The notes under the pieces are model-generated. The model worked only from the letters and a program-made list of their open reading frames with translations. It was not told the origin of the DNA and searched no databases. A DNA stretch of 40,535 nt from Sphingomonadales bacterium (lineage in GTDB: Bacteria; Pseudomonadota; Alphaproteobacteria; Sphingomonadales; Sphingomonadaceae), in contig JBBSLM010000001.1 in NCBI GenBank assembly GCA_038255245.1, forward strand, positions 1 to 40,535, written 5' to 3'. The stretch's first letter is position 1. Every line of letters begins with the position of its first letter. Positions 20,395 through 29,938 of this stretch are shown piece by piece. The position numbers and the translations under genes were made by a program.

Positions 20395-20506
20395 ACCGGC
20401 ATTCTAGCCCCTGAGCGCCGCGGGCGCCATGTTGCGATGAACTCGCCGATGGGACTTGCGTCGCTCGATGCTTGTGGCTACATGTTGTGCACACTAGGAG
20501 TATCCA

Positions 20507-20761
20507 ATGTCTGCAACGACCCAGCGTATCGGTGTTCGCGAACTTCGCGGCAAGCTGAGCGAGGTGCTTCGTAAGGTGCAGGCGGGAGAGGCTTTTATCG
20601 TGATGTCGCGGGGCAAGCCTATTGTCGAACTCAAGGGTATCGCCCCGGCGCCCGACGCGTTTCGCAAGCCCGGCGCGCTCGCCGGCAAAGTGTGGATGAG
20701 CGCGGATTTTGACGATCTGCCGGAGGATATGCTCGACGAGATCGAGCAGGACCGGGCTTGA
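20507..20761 (+). CDS. Phd/YefM-family antitoxin
   Basis: IGVRELR.KLSEVL..V..GE...V..RGKPIV; RKPGAL.GKVW.S.DFD. Confidence 0.88.
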   Translation: MSATTQRIGVRELRGKLSEVLRKVQAGEAFIVMSRGKPIVELKGIAPAPDAFRKPGALAGKVWMSADFDDLPEDMLDEIEQDRA

Positions 20762-21141
20762 AGCTCCTTCTCGACACGCACGCCTTGCTCTGGTGGCTGG
20801 CGGACGACGCCCAGCTTGGGCCTAAGGCGCGGGGCCTGATCGCAGACCCGGGCAACACGATCCTCGTCAGTCACGCCTCGCTCTGGGAGATCGCGATCAA
20901 GGTCGGCATCGGCAAGCTGCAGGTCGATATCGACCAGGCCGTAGCTGCGATCCATGCGCGCGGGCTGGACGAGCTCGGGCTGGAACCGGCGCACCTCTCG
21001 ACGCTCGCGGCACTGGAGCGGCATCACCGTGATCCCTTCGATCACATGCTGATCGCGCAGGCGATCGTGGAGGGCGCGACGCTGATGAGCGACGATGGAC
21101 GGATGGCGGATTATCCGGTCGCGCTTGTGGGGTGCGGCTGA
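20758..21141 (+). CDS. vapC: VapC PIN-domain toxin
   Basis: LLLDTHALLW, SLWEIAIK, HHRDPFDHMLIAQA; TTGA overlap with antitoxin stop. Confidence 0.92.
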   Translation: MKLLLDTHALLWWLADDAQLGPKARGLIADPGNTILVSHASLWEIAIKVGIGKLQVDIDQAVAAIHARGLDELGLEPAHLSTLAALERHHRDPFDHMLIAQAIVEGATLMSDDGRMADYPVALVGCG

Positions 21142-21192
21142 AGATTGCCGGGCGGCATGCGAAGCCGCCACGGCAAGAGAAACAGTCAAGCC

Positions 21193-23025
21193 CTAAGCCG
21201 CCTCCGACTTCCGGCTCGCCCGCTTGCGCTCATGCGGATCGAGGTGGCGCTTGCGGATGCGGATCACCTTGGGCGTGACTTCCACCAGCTCGTCGTCCTG
21301 GATGTAGGCGATCGCCTGTTCCAGCGTCATGCGGCGCGGCGGGGTGAGGCGGATGCCTTCGTCCTTGGGGCCGCTGGCGCGGAAGTTGGTGAGCTGCTTG
21401 GACTTCAGCGGGTTCACTTCGAGATCGTGGATCTTGGCATTCTCGCCGATCACCATGCCTTCGTAGAGCGCATCGCCCGGCGAGATGAAGAGCACCCCGC
21501 GCTCCTCCAGCATGTTCAGCGCATAGCCGACCGCCGCGCCATTCTCCATCGAGATCAGGACGCCATTCTGCCGGCCCTGGATCGGGCCTTTGTACGGGCC
21601 GTATTTCTCGAACAGGCGGTTCATGATGCCGGTGCCGCGCGTGTCGGACAGGAATTCGCCATGATAGCCGATCAGGCCGCGTGACGGCGCGCTGAAGGTC
21701 AGCCGCGTCTTGCCGCCGGTGCTCGGGCGCATGTCGGTCATCTCGGCCTTGCGCTGCGCCATCTTCTCGACGACCGTGCCCGAATGCTCGTCATCGACGT
21801 CGATGACGACCGTCTCATACGGCTCCTCGCGGCCGTCGGGGCCGTCCTTGAACAAGACGCGCGGCCGGCTGATCGACAGTTCGAAGCCCTCGCGGCGCAT
21901 CGTCTCGATCAGCACGCCCAATTGCAATTCGCCGCGGCCGGCGACCTCGAACGCGTCGCGCTCCTGGCTTTCGGTCAGGCGGATGGCGACGTTGGTCTCG
22001 GCCTCCCGCTCCAGCCGGTCGCGGATGACGCGACTTTGCACCTTGTCGCCGTCCCGGCCCGCATAGGGGCTGTCGTTGACGCCGAAGCTCATTGCCAGCG
22101 TCGGCGGGTCGATCGGCCGGGCGCGGATCGGCTGGGTCAGGCCGGGCTCGGCGATGGTGTTGGACACGGTCGCCTTGGTCAGGCCGGCGATGGCGACGAT
22201 GTCGCCCGCCTGCGCCTGGGTGACGGGCACGCGCTCCAGGCCGCGAAAGGCGAAGACCTTGGTGGCGCGGCCGGATTCGACCTCATTGCCGTCCACGTCC
22301 AGCGCCTTGATCGGCATGTTGACGTCCAGCTTGCCGCTCTCGATTCGGCCAGTGAGGATGCGGCCGAGGAAATTGTCGCGGTCGAGCAAGGTGGCGAGCA
22401 TCTTGAACGGGCCGTTCGGGTCCAGGCCCGGCTCCGGAATGTGGCTGACGATGGTTTCGAACAAAGGCGTCAGATCGCCGGAGCGGACGTCGTCGGTCAG
22501 CCCGGCATAGCCATTGCGGCCCGAGGCGTAGAGCACCGGAAAATCCAGCTGCTCGTTGGTCGCGTCGAGGCTGAGGAACAGTTCGAAACATTCGTCCAGC
22601 ACTTCCGCGGCGCGCGCGTCGGGGCGGTCGATCTTGTTGACGACGACGATCGGCTTGAGGCCAAGGCCCAGCGCCTTGCCGGTGACGAATTTGGTCTGCG
22701 GCATCGGCCCTTCGGCGGCATCGACGAGCAGGATGACGCCGTCGACCATCGACAGGATGCGTTCCACCTCGGCGCCGAAATCGGCATGGCCGGGCGTGTC
22801 GACGATGTTGATGTGAGTCGTCTCGCCTTTATGGTCCCACTCGACCGAGGTGCATTTGGCCAGGATGGTGATCCCGCGCTCTTTCTCCAGGTCATTGGAA
22901 TCCATAGCCCTTTCCTCCACGCGCTGATTGTCGCGGAAGGTGCCGGATTGCCGGAACAGCTGGTCGACCAGGGTCGTCTTGCCGTGATCGACGTGGGCGA
23001 TGATCGCCACGTTGCGGAGGCTCAT
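21193..23025 (-). CDS. typA: Translational GTPase TypA/BipA
   Basis: RNVAIIAHVDHGKTTL, ERGITILAK, DTPGHADF, GRGELQL, DELVEVTP. Confidence 0.98.
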   Translation of the reverse strand: MSLRNVAIIAHVDHGKTTLVDQLFRQSGTFRDNQRVEERAMDSNDLEKERGITILAKCTSVEWDHKGETTHINIVDTPGHADFGAEVERILSMVDGVILLVDAAEGPMPQTKFVTGKALGLGLKPIVVVNKIDRPDARAAEVLDECFELFLSLDATNEQLDFPVLYASGRNGYAGLTDDVRSGDLTPLFETIVSHIPEPGLDPNGPFKMLATLLDRDNFLGRILTGRIESGKLDVNMPIKALDVDGNEVESGRATKVFAFRGLERVPVTQAQAGDIVAIAGLTKATVSNTIAEPGLTQPIRARPIDPPTLAMSFGVNDSPYAGRDGDKVQSRVIRDRLEREAETNVAIRLTESQERDAFEVAGRGELQLGVLIETMRREGFELSISRPRVLFKDGPDGREEPYETVVIDVDDEHSGTVVEKMAQRKAEMTDMRPSTGGKTRLTFSAPSRGLIGYHGEFLSDTRGTGIMNRLFEKYGPYKGPIQGRQNGVLISMENGAAVGYALNMLEERGVLFISPGDALYEGMVIGENAKIHDLEVNPLKSKQLTNFRASGPKDEGIRLTPPRRMTLEQAIAYIQDDELVEVTPKVIRIRKRHLDPHERKRASRKSEAA

Positions 23026-23148
23026 GGGTTGGTAACTCGATTGGAGGGCGCAAGGTTGCGGCGCGCGACATAGCAATGATGCTGCGATGCAACAAGGGCG
23101 AGTACCGGTAGCGTGACGTTAACCGCGTTAGATTAGGATCGGCCCGTT

Positions 23149-23532
23149 ATGGAAAGATCCGGCAGCGATCCCGACGCATTGACGCCGCTTGACGCCAAGG
23201 CGCCACGCAGTCCGCGGCGGCGGGTCTTGCTGACGGGGCAATTCCAGTCGCTGACCGGCACGCACAAGATCACCGTGCGCAACCTTTCAAACACCGGCGC
23301 ATCGATCAATTGCGACGGGGAATTGAAGCTGGGCAGCGACGGTGTGCTGATGGCGGGCGGGTTGGATTGCCTGTGCCGGGTGGTCTGGCACCGGGCCGGC
23401 ATCTTCGGCCTGAAGTTCGAAGAGCCGCTGCACAGCAGCGTCGTGCTGGACCTGCATCGGGTGAGCAGCGACGATGTAAAATATGCCGAGCGCGCCGCGA
23501 CCCGCGAATGGTATCAACGCGACGCTCGCTGA
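23149..23532 (+). CDS. PilZ domain protein
   Basis: RSPRR (RxxxR) and NLSNTGA (D/NxSxxG) motifs, VVW...GLKF. Confidence 0.85.
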   Translation: MERSGSDPDALTPLDAKAPRSPRRRVLLTGQFQSLTGTHKITVRNLSNTGASINCDGELKLGSDGVLMAGGLDCLCRVVWHRAGIFGLKFEEPLHSSVVLDLHRVSSDDVKYAERAATREWYQRDAR

Positions 23533-23591
23533 TTGAGGCTTGACGCGAGCGGCCCGCCCGGCGCTTCGCTGGACGAGCGAGGAGCGTGTTC

Positions 23592-24596
23592 ATGCCGGCT
23601 TTCCCCCAATCGAATCCATTGTTCGCGCTGGTCGAGATGGCGTCCGGTCTGTGGGTTTCGCGCGCTTTGTGGGCGGCGGCGGAACTGGGCGTGGCGGATG
23701 CGATTGGCGATGAACCGGCTTCGCTAGAGGAGATCGCGGCCGCGACCGGCGCGCGGGAGGCGCCGCTGCGGCGGCTGATGAAGGCGCTGGTTTCTGTCGG
23801 GCTGTTTACCGCAGAGGGTGACGACCGGTTCGGACATAGCGAAACCAGCATCTTCTTGAAGAGCGATCACCCACTGACGCAGCGGCCCTTCCTGCGCTCG
23901 ATCTTCGGGGGCGAGCATTATGCCGGCTGGGGCGCGCTCGGACGCAGCCTGACCGAAGGCGGGACCGCGTTCGATCATGTTTACGGCCGGCCGGTGTTCG
24001 ACTGGTATGGCGATCATCCTGCGGAGGCCGTGGCATTCGGCCGGGCGATGCAATCGACAACCTTGCTAATCGAGACGATGCTGATGGCGGTGTGGACGCC
24101 GCCGCCTTTCGAGCTTGCGGTGGACGTCGGGGGGAGCCGAGGGACGCTGCTGCAGGGCCTGCTGGCGCGAGCACCTGAGGCGCGCGGCGTGCTGTTCGAC
24201 CTGCCCGAGATCGCCGACGCGGTGCGGCCAACCATCACGGAGCCGCGCATCGAAGCGATCGGAGGCAATTTCTTCGACATTGTGCCGGAGGGCGACCTCT
24301 ATCTGCTGAAGCTGATACTGCACGACTGGGACGATGACAGGAGCTCAGCGATCCTGGAAAATATCCGCACTGCGGCGTACCCCGGGGCTCGCGTCGTCAT
24401 AATAGACGCGCTGCTGCCGGAGACGGTTGAGAACCATCCGGGCTTCCTGATGGACCTCAATATGATGGTGATGACCGGCGGCAAGGAGCGCACTGTGGCG
24501 GAGTTCGAGGCACTGCTGACGGGCGCCGGCTTCCAGCTTGAGAGCGTGACTCCCACCCCGACGCCGATGGGGATCGTGCAGGCGGTGGCGGCCTAG
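23592..24596 (+). CDS. SAM-dependent O-methyltransferase (Methyltransf_2 family)
   Basis: N-terminal dimerisation HTH; VDVGGSRG, LFDLP, GNFF, LKLILHDWDD, GKERT. Confidence 0.92.
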   Translation: MPAFPQSNPLFALVEMASGLWVSRALWAAAELGVADAIGDEPASLEEIAAATGAREAPLRRLMKALVSVGLFTAEGDDRFGHSETSIFLKSDHPLTQRPFLRSIFGGEHYAGWGALGRSLTEGGTAFDHVYGRPVFDWYGDHPAEAVAFGRAMQSTTLLIETMLMAVWTPPPFELAVDVGGSRGTLLQGLLARAPEARGVLFDLPEIADAVRPTITEPRIEAIGGNFFDIVPEGDLYLLKLILHDWDDDRSSAILENIRTAAYPGARVVIIDALLPETVENHPGFLMDLNMMVMTGGKERTVAEFEALLTGAGFQLESVTPTPTPMGIVQAVAA

Positions 24597-24600
24597 ACGA

Positions 24601-24735
24601 TCAGACGATCCAAAGCCGCAAGACGTAGGCGACCGAGCCAACCACGGCCACGCTCGCCAGCCAAAGCCCGGCGAACCAGGCGAGCCGCTTCCACCAAGGG
24701 CCCGGGGCGGCGCCTTTCTCCGCCTCAATGGTCAT
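24601..24735 (-). CDS. DUF2474-like small membrane peptide after cydB, 44 aa, not in ORF track
   Basis: MTIEAEKGAAPGPWWKRLAWFAGLWLASVAVVGSVAYVLRLWIV; overlaps the cydB stop. Confidence 0.8.
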   Translation of the reverse strand: MTIEAEKGAAPGPWWKRLAWFAGLWLASVAVVGSVAYVLRLWIV

Positions 24736-25738
24736 GGGCGTGATAGCCATCTTCGCCCACTTTGCCGCGGAACACCCAATAGGACCAGGCGGTGTAGCCG
24801 AGGATGATGGGCACCAGCACGAGCGCGCCGACCAGCATGAAGAGCTGGCTGGAATAAGGCGCGGCCGCTTGCCAGATGGTGACCCGGCCCGGGATCACGT
24901 CCGGCCAGATCGAGATGGCGAGGCCGATCATGGTCAGGCCGAACATGGCGAGCGTGGCCGCGAACGGCAGCCAGTCGCGCCCGCGCCTGATCCCCTCCCA
25001 GCAAGCCAGAGCGATGCCGCCGAACAGCAAGGGCATCAGGCCGGTGAACAGCAGGCCCGGCCATTCAAACCAGCGCTCGTGATATTTGGGCACATTGTCG
25101 AGGAACGGTGTGGCCAGGCTGACCGCGCCAACGATGAGCAGGAAGGCCGGCAGCAGCCAGGTGGCGAAACGCCGCGCCCGGGTGTTCAGCTCGTCCTCGG
25201 TCTTCCAGATCAGCCAGCCCGCGCCGAGCAACGCGTAAGCGACGACCAAGGCCGCGCCAGTGAGCAGGCTGAACGGCTGCAGCCAATCCCACCAGCCGCC
25301 CGCATAAGCGCGGCCCTCGACATCAATGCCCTGTAGCAGCGCGCCCAAGGTCACGCCCTGCGCAAAGGTGGCAATCAGCGAGCCGAGGCAGAAACCGGCG
25401 TCCCACCAGCGCCGATGGCCGGGATCGCGCCAGCGGAATTCGAAGGCAACGCCGCGGAACACCAGGCCGAGCAACATCGCAATTAACGGGGCGTAAAGCG
25501 CGGGCAGCACGATGGCATAAGCGAGTGGAAATGCCGCCATCAACCCGCCGCCGCCCAGAACGAGCCAGGTCTCATTGCCGTCCCAGACGGGCGCGATCGA
25601 GTTCATCGCCTGGTCGCGCTCGCGGCCCACGGGCACGCGCGGAAAGAGGATGCCGATGCCGAGATCGAACCCGTCCATCACCACATACATCGCGACCGCG
25701 AAGGCGATGATGAAGGCCCAGACGATGGTGAGGTCCAT
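24725..25738 (-). CDS. cydB: Cytochrome bd (CIO-type) oxidase subunit II
   Basis: DGFDLGIG, PVWDGNETWL, FRGVAFEFR, YWVFRGKV. Confidence 0.96.
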   Translation of the reverse strand: MDLTIVWAFIIAFAVAMYVVMDGFDLGIGILFPRVPVGRERDQAMNSIAPVWDGNETWLVLGGGGLMAAFPLAYAIVLPALYAPLIAMLLGLVFRGVAFEFRWRDPGHRRWWDAGFCLGSLIATFAQGVTLGALLQGIDVEGRAYAGGWWDWLQPFSLLTGAALVVAYALLGAGWLIWKTEDELNTRARRFATWLLPAFLLIVGAVSLATPFLDNVPKYHERWFEWPGLLFTGLMPLLFGGIALACWEGIRRGRDWLPFAATLAMFGLTMIGLAISIWPDVIPGRVTIWQAAAPYSSQLFMLVGALVLVPIILGYTAWSYWVFRGKVGEDGYHAHDH

Positions 25739-27189
25739 CAGCGCGCCTCCTCACTCGCGTCCGGGTTCGGATCGACGCCGGCCTCGTCCACCGCCGCGGC
25801 CTGGGTGATGCCGGCGCTGCGGATGGGTGCGCGGGCGGGGCCGGATTCGCCGGGATGCGGAGCGTGGTGCATCAGGCGCAGCAGGTACCAGACGCCCGCG
25901 CCGAAGACGATGAAGTAGACGATGACGAAGGCGATCAGCGACGCGGCGACCGCGGGCGCCTCGATCGGCGAGCGCGCCTCGGCGGTGCGCATCAGGCCGT
26001 AAATCACCCAGGGCTGGCGACCGACCTCGGTGGTGACCCAGCCGGCGAGCACGGCAATCAGGCCGGAGGGCCCCATCACCAGCGCGAACCGGTGCAACCA
26101 TTTCCAGTCGTACAGCTTCTTGCGTACCCGCGCGAGCAAGCTGAACAGGCCCAGGCCGAGCATCAGGAAGCCCAGCCCCACCATGATCCGGAACGACCAG
26201 AAGACGATCTCGACCGGCGGTTCCTCATTGTCCGGGATGGTGTCCAGCCCGGCGAGCGGCGCGTTCAGATCGTGCTTCAGGATCAGGGAGGAAAGCTTCG
26301 GAATCTCGACCGCATAGTGAACCGTCTTCGCCGCCTGGTCCGGAATGCCGAACAGGATCAATGGCGCGCCGTCCGGATGGCTGTCGAAATGGCCTTCCAT
26401 CGCCATCACCTTGGCCGGCTGATGCTCAAGCGTGTTCAGGCCGTGCATGTCGCCGACGAAGATCTGCACCGGCGCGACCAGCGCCAGCATCCACATCGCC
26501 ATCGAGAACATCTTGCGCACTTCATCGGTCTTGTGCCCGCCCTCGCGCCGGGCGCGGAGCAAATGCCAGGCGGCGACCCCGCCGACGATCAGCGCAGTGG
26601 TGAGATAGGCGGCGATGACGGTGTGGACGAGGCGATAGGGGAAGCTGGGATTGAAGATGATCGCCAGCCAGTCGCCCGGTACATATTGCTGACGAACCGC
26701 GTCCCACAAATGGCCCTGCGGCGTGTGCATCCAGCTGTTCACGCTGAGGATCCAGAAGGCCGAGACGAAAGTGCCGATCGCGACCATCAACGTCGCGGTG
26801 AAATGCAGCCCCTTGCCCACCTTGTTCATGCCGAACAGCATGACGCCGAGGAACCCGGCCTCGAGGAAGAAGGCGGTCAGCACCTCGTAGGCCATCAATG
26901 GCCCGATCACCGGCCCCGCGCGGTCGGAGAAGACCGACCAGTTGGTGCCGAATTGATAGGACATGACGATGCCGCTGACGACGCCCATCGCGAAGGTGAT
27001 GGCGAAGATTTTCAGCCAATATTTGAAGAGGTTAAGGTAGACCGCTTTGCCGGTCTTCAGCCACAGGGCCTCCAGCACCGCGAGGTAGGAGGCGAGCCCG
27101 ATCGTGAAGGCCGGGAAGATGAAGTGAAACGAGATCGTGAACGCGAACTGGATGCGCGCAAGAATCAGGGCGGTATCGGCTTCGGGCAC
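25738..27189 (-). CDS. cydA: Cytochrome bd (CIO-type) oxidase subunit I
   Basis: ARIQFAFT..FHFIF, FGTNW, AFFLEA, QPAKVMAMEG, EVGRQPW. Confidence 0.96.
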   Translation of the reverse strand: MPEADTALILARIQFAFTISFHFIFPAFTIGLASYLAVLEALWLKTGKAVYLNLFKYWLKIFAITFAMGVVSGIVMSYQFGTNWSVFSDRAGPVIGPLMAYEVLTAFFLEAGFLGVMLFGMNKVGKGLHFTATLMVAIGTFVSAFWILSVNSWMHTPQGHLWDAVRQQYVPGDWLAIIFNPSFPYRLVHTVIAAYLTTALIVGGVAAWHLLRARREGGHKTDEVRKMFSMAMWMLALVAPVQIFVGDMHGLNTLEHQPAKVMAMEGHFDSHPDGAPLILFGIPDQAAKTVHYAVEIPKLSSLILKHDLNAPLAGLDTIPDNEEPPVEIVFWSFRIMVGLGFLMLGLGLFSLLARVRKKLYDWKWLHRFALVMGPSGLIAVLAGWVTTEVGRQPWVIYGLMRTAEARSPIEAPAVAASLIAFVIVYFIVFGAGVWYLLRLMHHAPHPGESGPARAPIRSAGITQAAAVDEAGVDPNPDASEEAR

Positions 27190-27293
27190 GTGCGGCGACT
27201 CCCAGCCCGCTTCCTACGCCTCCACCGCTCCGGCGGAAACCGGAAACACGTTGATCCTTTCGCGGCAGTGGTTGCAAGAAATGCAATCGGCGC

Positions 27294-28244
27294 TCATTCG
27301 GGCGCCTCCCGTCCGCCCTCGCCGCCCGGCGGCGCGAAGACGGACCAGCCGGTGAGGTCGATCAGCTTTTCCAGCGCCCGCGCGCCGACCGCGCTGGTGC
27401 CATAATGATTGAGGCCGGGCGACCAGACCGCGATCGCGCCATGCCCCGGGGCGATGGCAAGGATGCCGCCGCCGACGCCTGACTTGCCGGGCAGGCCGAT
27501 GCGGTAGGCGAACTCGCCGCTATTGTCGTAATGGCCGCACAGCAGCATCACCGAATTGATGCGGCGGGCATTGTGCCAGACCACCGCCTGCTCGCCGGTG
27601 ACAGGATCGCGGCCGTCGAAGGCGAGGAACAGCCCCGCGCGGGCGAGCTGGCGGCAGCTCATCGCGATCGCGCATTGACGGAAATAGGCGTCGAGCACCT
27701 CTTCCACACTATCGATGACGTCATAGGTCTTCATGAACCAGGCGAGGCTGCGGTTGCGGCTGCCGGTCGCCGCTTCAGACGCGGCGACCAGTTCGTCGAC
27801 CGCAATGCGATCGTCGCCTGCCCGCGCCCGCACGAAAGCAAGCAGATCGGCGATCGCCTGGTCGGCATCGCGGTCACCGACCAATTGCCCGGTTGTGGCG
27901 ATCGCGCCGGCGTTGATCAGCGGGTTGCGCGGCTTGCCGTTTTCGCGTTCCAGTTGGACGATGGAATTGAAGGCGCTGCCCGAAGGCTCGCGGCCGACCT
28001 TCTGCCACAGATCGGCCTGCACCCGCTCCAGCGCCAAGGCGAGCGTGAACACCTTGGACACGGACTGGAGCGAAAAGGGCTCGTCGCAATCGCCGGCACC
28101 GTGGACCACGCCATCCGCCCCGGCGAAGGCGATGCCGAACTTGTTCGGATCGACGCAGGCGAGCGCCGGGATGTAATCCGCGACCTTGCCCGTGCCCCGA
28201 TACGGCTCGATCGCCGCCAGCACCTCGGCCAGCATCTGCTCCAT
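27294..28244 (-). CDS. glsA: Glutaminase
   Basis: GKVADYIP.LA, FSLQSVSK, GREPSG..FNS, NPLINAGA, KSGVGGG. Confidence 0.93.
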   Translation of the reverse strand: MEQMLAEVLAAIEPYRGTGKVADYIPALACVDPNKFGIAFAGADGVVHGAGDCDEPFSLQSVSKVFTLALALERVQADLWQKVGREPSGSAFNSIVQLERENGKPRNPLINAGAIATTGQLVGDRDADQAIADLLAFVRARAGDDRIAVDELVAASEAATGSRNRSLAWFMKTYDVIDSVEEVLDAYFRQCAIAMSCRQLARAGLFLAFDGRDPVTGEQAVVWHNARRINSVMLLCGHYDNSGEFAYRIGLPGKSGVGGGILAIAPGHGAIAVWSPGLNHYGTSAVGARALEKLIDLTGWSVFAPPGGEGGREAPE

Positions 28245-28261
28245 CGCCCTCTCCTCCACCC

Positions 28262-28343
28262 GGTCATTGCGAGGAGCGAGGCGACGAAGCAATCCATCCT
28301 GATCGCTTCAGGCAGTGGATTGCTTTGCCTTCTCGCAATGACG
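28262..28343. repeat. Palindromic element of the alphaproteobacterial RPE/REP type
   Basis: GTCATTGCGAG...AAGCAATCCA...TGGATTGCTT...CTCGCAATGAC long imperfect inverted repeat in an intergenic gap. Confidence 0.8.
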
Positions 28344-28353
28344 GGCGTTCGGA

Positions 28354-29256
28354 TCAGGCCGCCTCGGTTTCATATTGGTCGGCATTGTCGTCGACCTGAT
28401 AGGTGTCCGTGTCGGGCGGCAGGTCGCTCGGATCGGTGCCGGCCTCGATCAGCTCCAGCCGGTCGTCGATCTTGTCGAACTGGATGTCGGCCTGCTCGCG
28501 CTCCCAATTCAGCGCGTCGTGGACCTTGTCCGGTGCTTCCTCAAGGTCGTGCAGCATCTTCTGGACCTGCTCGCTATCGCCGCCCGGCATCTCGGCCCGC
28601 GCCTCGACAATGTCGTGCACGTCGTCGATTGCGTGATCGACGATCATCTCCACCCCGTCGATCAGCTCGCCATTGATCTCGCGCAGCTCCTCGACGATCG
28701 GGCGCGCGATACCGGCGCCCTCGGCGGGAGTCATGCCTTCGGCGGCCTCCTTCAGCGCGGCCTGATCGGCTTCGCTGAATTCGCCGTCGGCGAGGCGGCT
28801 TTCAAAAAAGCCTTCGAGCTTGTCGCTGCTGTTCATGCCGTCGCGGACCGCATCCTTCATTTCAGCGGACCATTCGGCGCCCTTTTCGGCCGCCCACTCC
28901 TGGACCTCGCCGGCGAATTCGGCATGCTTCTCATTGGCCATCGCCTCGAGCCGCGACATGTCTTCGGCGCTCAGATCCTTGAAGCTGGGGTCATCCTTGA
29001 ACGCTTCGTTGAGCCACTCGCGCGCATTCCATTCCTTCGCCTCGGTGGCAGGCTCGGCGGGGGCCGGTGCATCCTGGGCAGGCGCTTCAGGAGCCGCATT
29101 GCGCGCCTCGAACTCCTGCTGAAATTCCGCCCGCTCGCGCTGCATTTCGGCGTCGCCGGGGTAATTCTCGCCCATCGCGTCGCGCTGCATCTGCGCCCAC
29201 TGCTCGTCCGTCACCGTCTCGACCTGACGATCCTGCTGGTTCGGATTGGTAGCCAT
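28354..29256 (-). CDS. Highly acidic hypothetical protein
   Basis: GGAGG RBS; 300-aa D/E-rich, helical-looking ORF with GC-rich third positions. Confidence 0.75.
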   Translation of the reverse strand: MATNPNQQDRQVETVTDEQWAQMQRDAMGENYPGDAEMQRERAEFQQEFEARNAAPEAPAQDAPAPAEPATEAKEWNAREWLNEAFKDDPSFKDLSAEDMSRLEAMANEKHAEFAGEVQEWAAEKGAEWSAEMKDAVRDGMNSSDKLEGFFESRLADGEFSEADQAALKEAAEGMTPAEGAGIARPIVEELREINGELIDGVEMIVDHAIDDVHDIVEARAEMPGGDSEQVQKMLHDLEEAPDKVHDALNWEREQADIQFDKIDDRLELIEAGTDPSDLPPDTDTYQVDDNADQYETEAA

Positions 29257-29434
29257 CTTCGTCCTCCGCTGACCCGTTCAATTCGGGTTTCGCAAAGTAG
29301 GCGAAGCCTTGGCGAAAAAGGGGTCAGAGGCCGGGGGAACGGATGTTCGGCGGCTGCGCGGCTGCGGCATTAGGTAGCAAACGCACCTAGTGCCGGGTGG
29401 CCGGTCCCCACGTCCATTCGATACCCTTAGGGGC

Positions 29435-29938
29435 ATGGGCACCAGCAACCTCCGCCACTCGCTCGAAAAGCGCTACTCCGCTCTGACCGGGCAGCTACAG
29501 GACACTCGCGAGAATATCGCTCGCATCCGCCGCGAGATCGAAAAGCTACCGGAGCTTGAGGCTCGCCTTCCAAAGCTTGAAGCGCTGATTGAAAGCGCCG
29601 CCCTCCTGCTGAGCGACATCGATCCGCACTGGAGGCGGGAGGAGACTCCCGCAATTAAACCATGGACCCATCAACTGGTCGTTCCGTTCGGAACTTGTGG
29701 GCGTCGTGGGATGGAGGTGTTGCGGAAGGCTGCGAAGCCGATGACCTCGCGACAGGTGGCCGTTCAGGTTCTGCGGGAGGTCGGTAATGACCATCCGGAC
29801 CCAAGGATGGTCCAACGGACATTGAACGCCATCGAGGCGTCCTTCCGCAAGCACAAGGGCCGGACCGTTGTGTCCTCAGGCAAGTACCCCGCGCAGTGGA
29901 GGAGCATTGCCAATCCTCAAATTGAGTTCGGTCCGTGA
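29435..29938 (+). CDS. Hypothetical IS passenger protein (coiled-coil plus possible winged helix)
   Basis: L..RYSALTGQL coiled coil; VLRKAAKPMTSRQVA..V helix-turn-helix-like segment. Confidence 0.65.
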   Translation: MGTSNLRHSLEKRYSALTGQLQDTRENIARIRREIEKLPELEARLPKLEALIESAALLLSDIDPHWRREETPAIKPWTHQLVVPFGTCGRRGMEVLRKAAKPMTSRQVAVQVLREVGNDHPDPRMVQRTLNAIEASFRKHKGRTVVSSGKYPAQWRSIANPQIEFGP

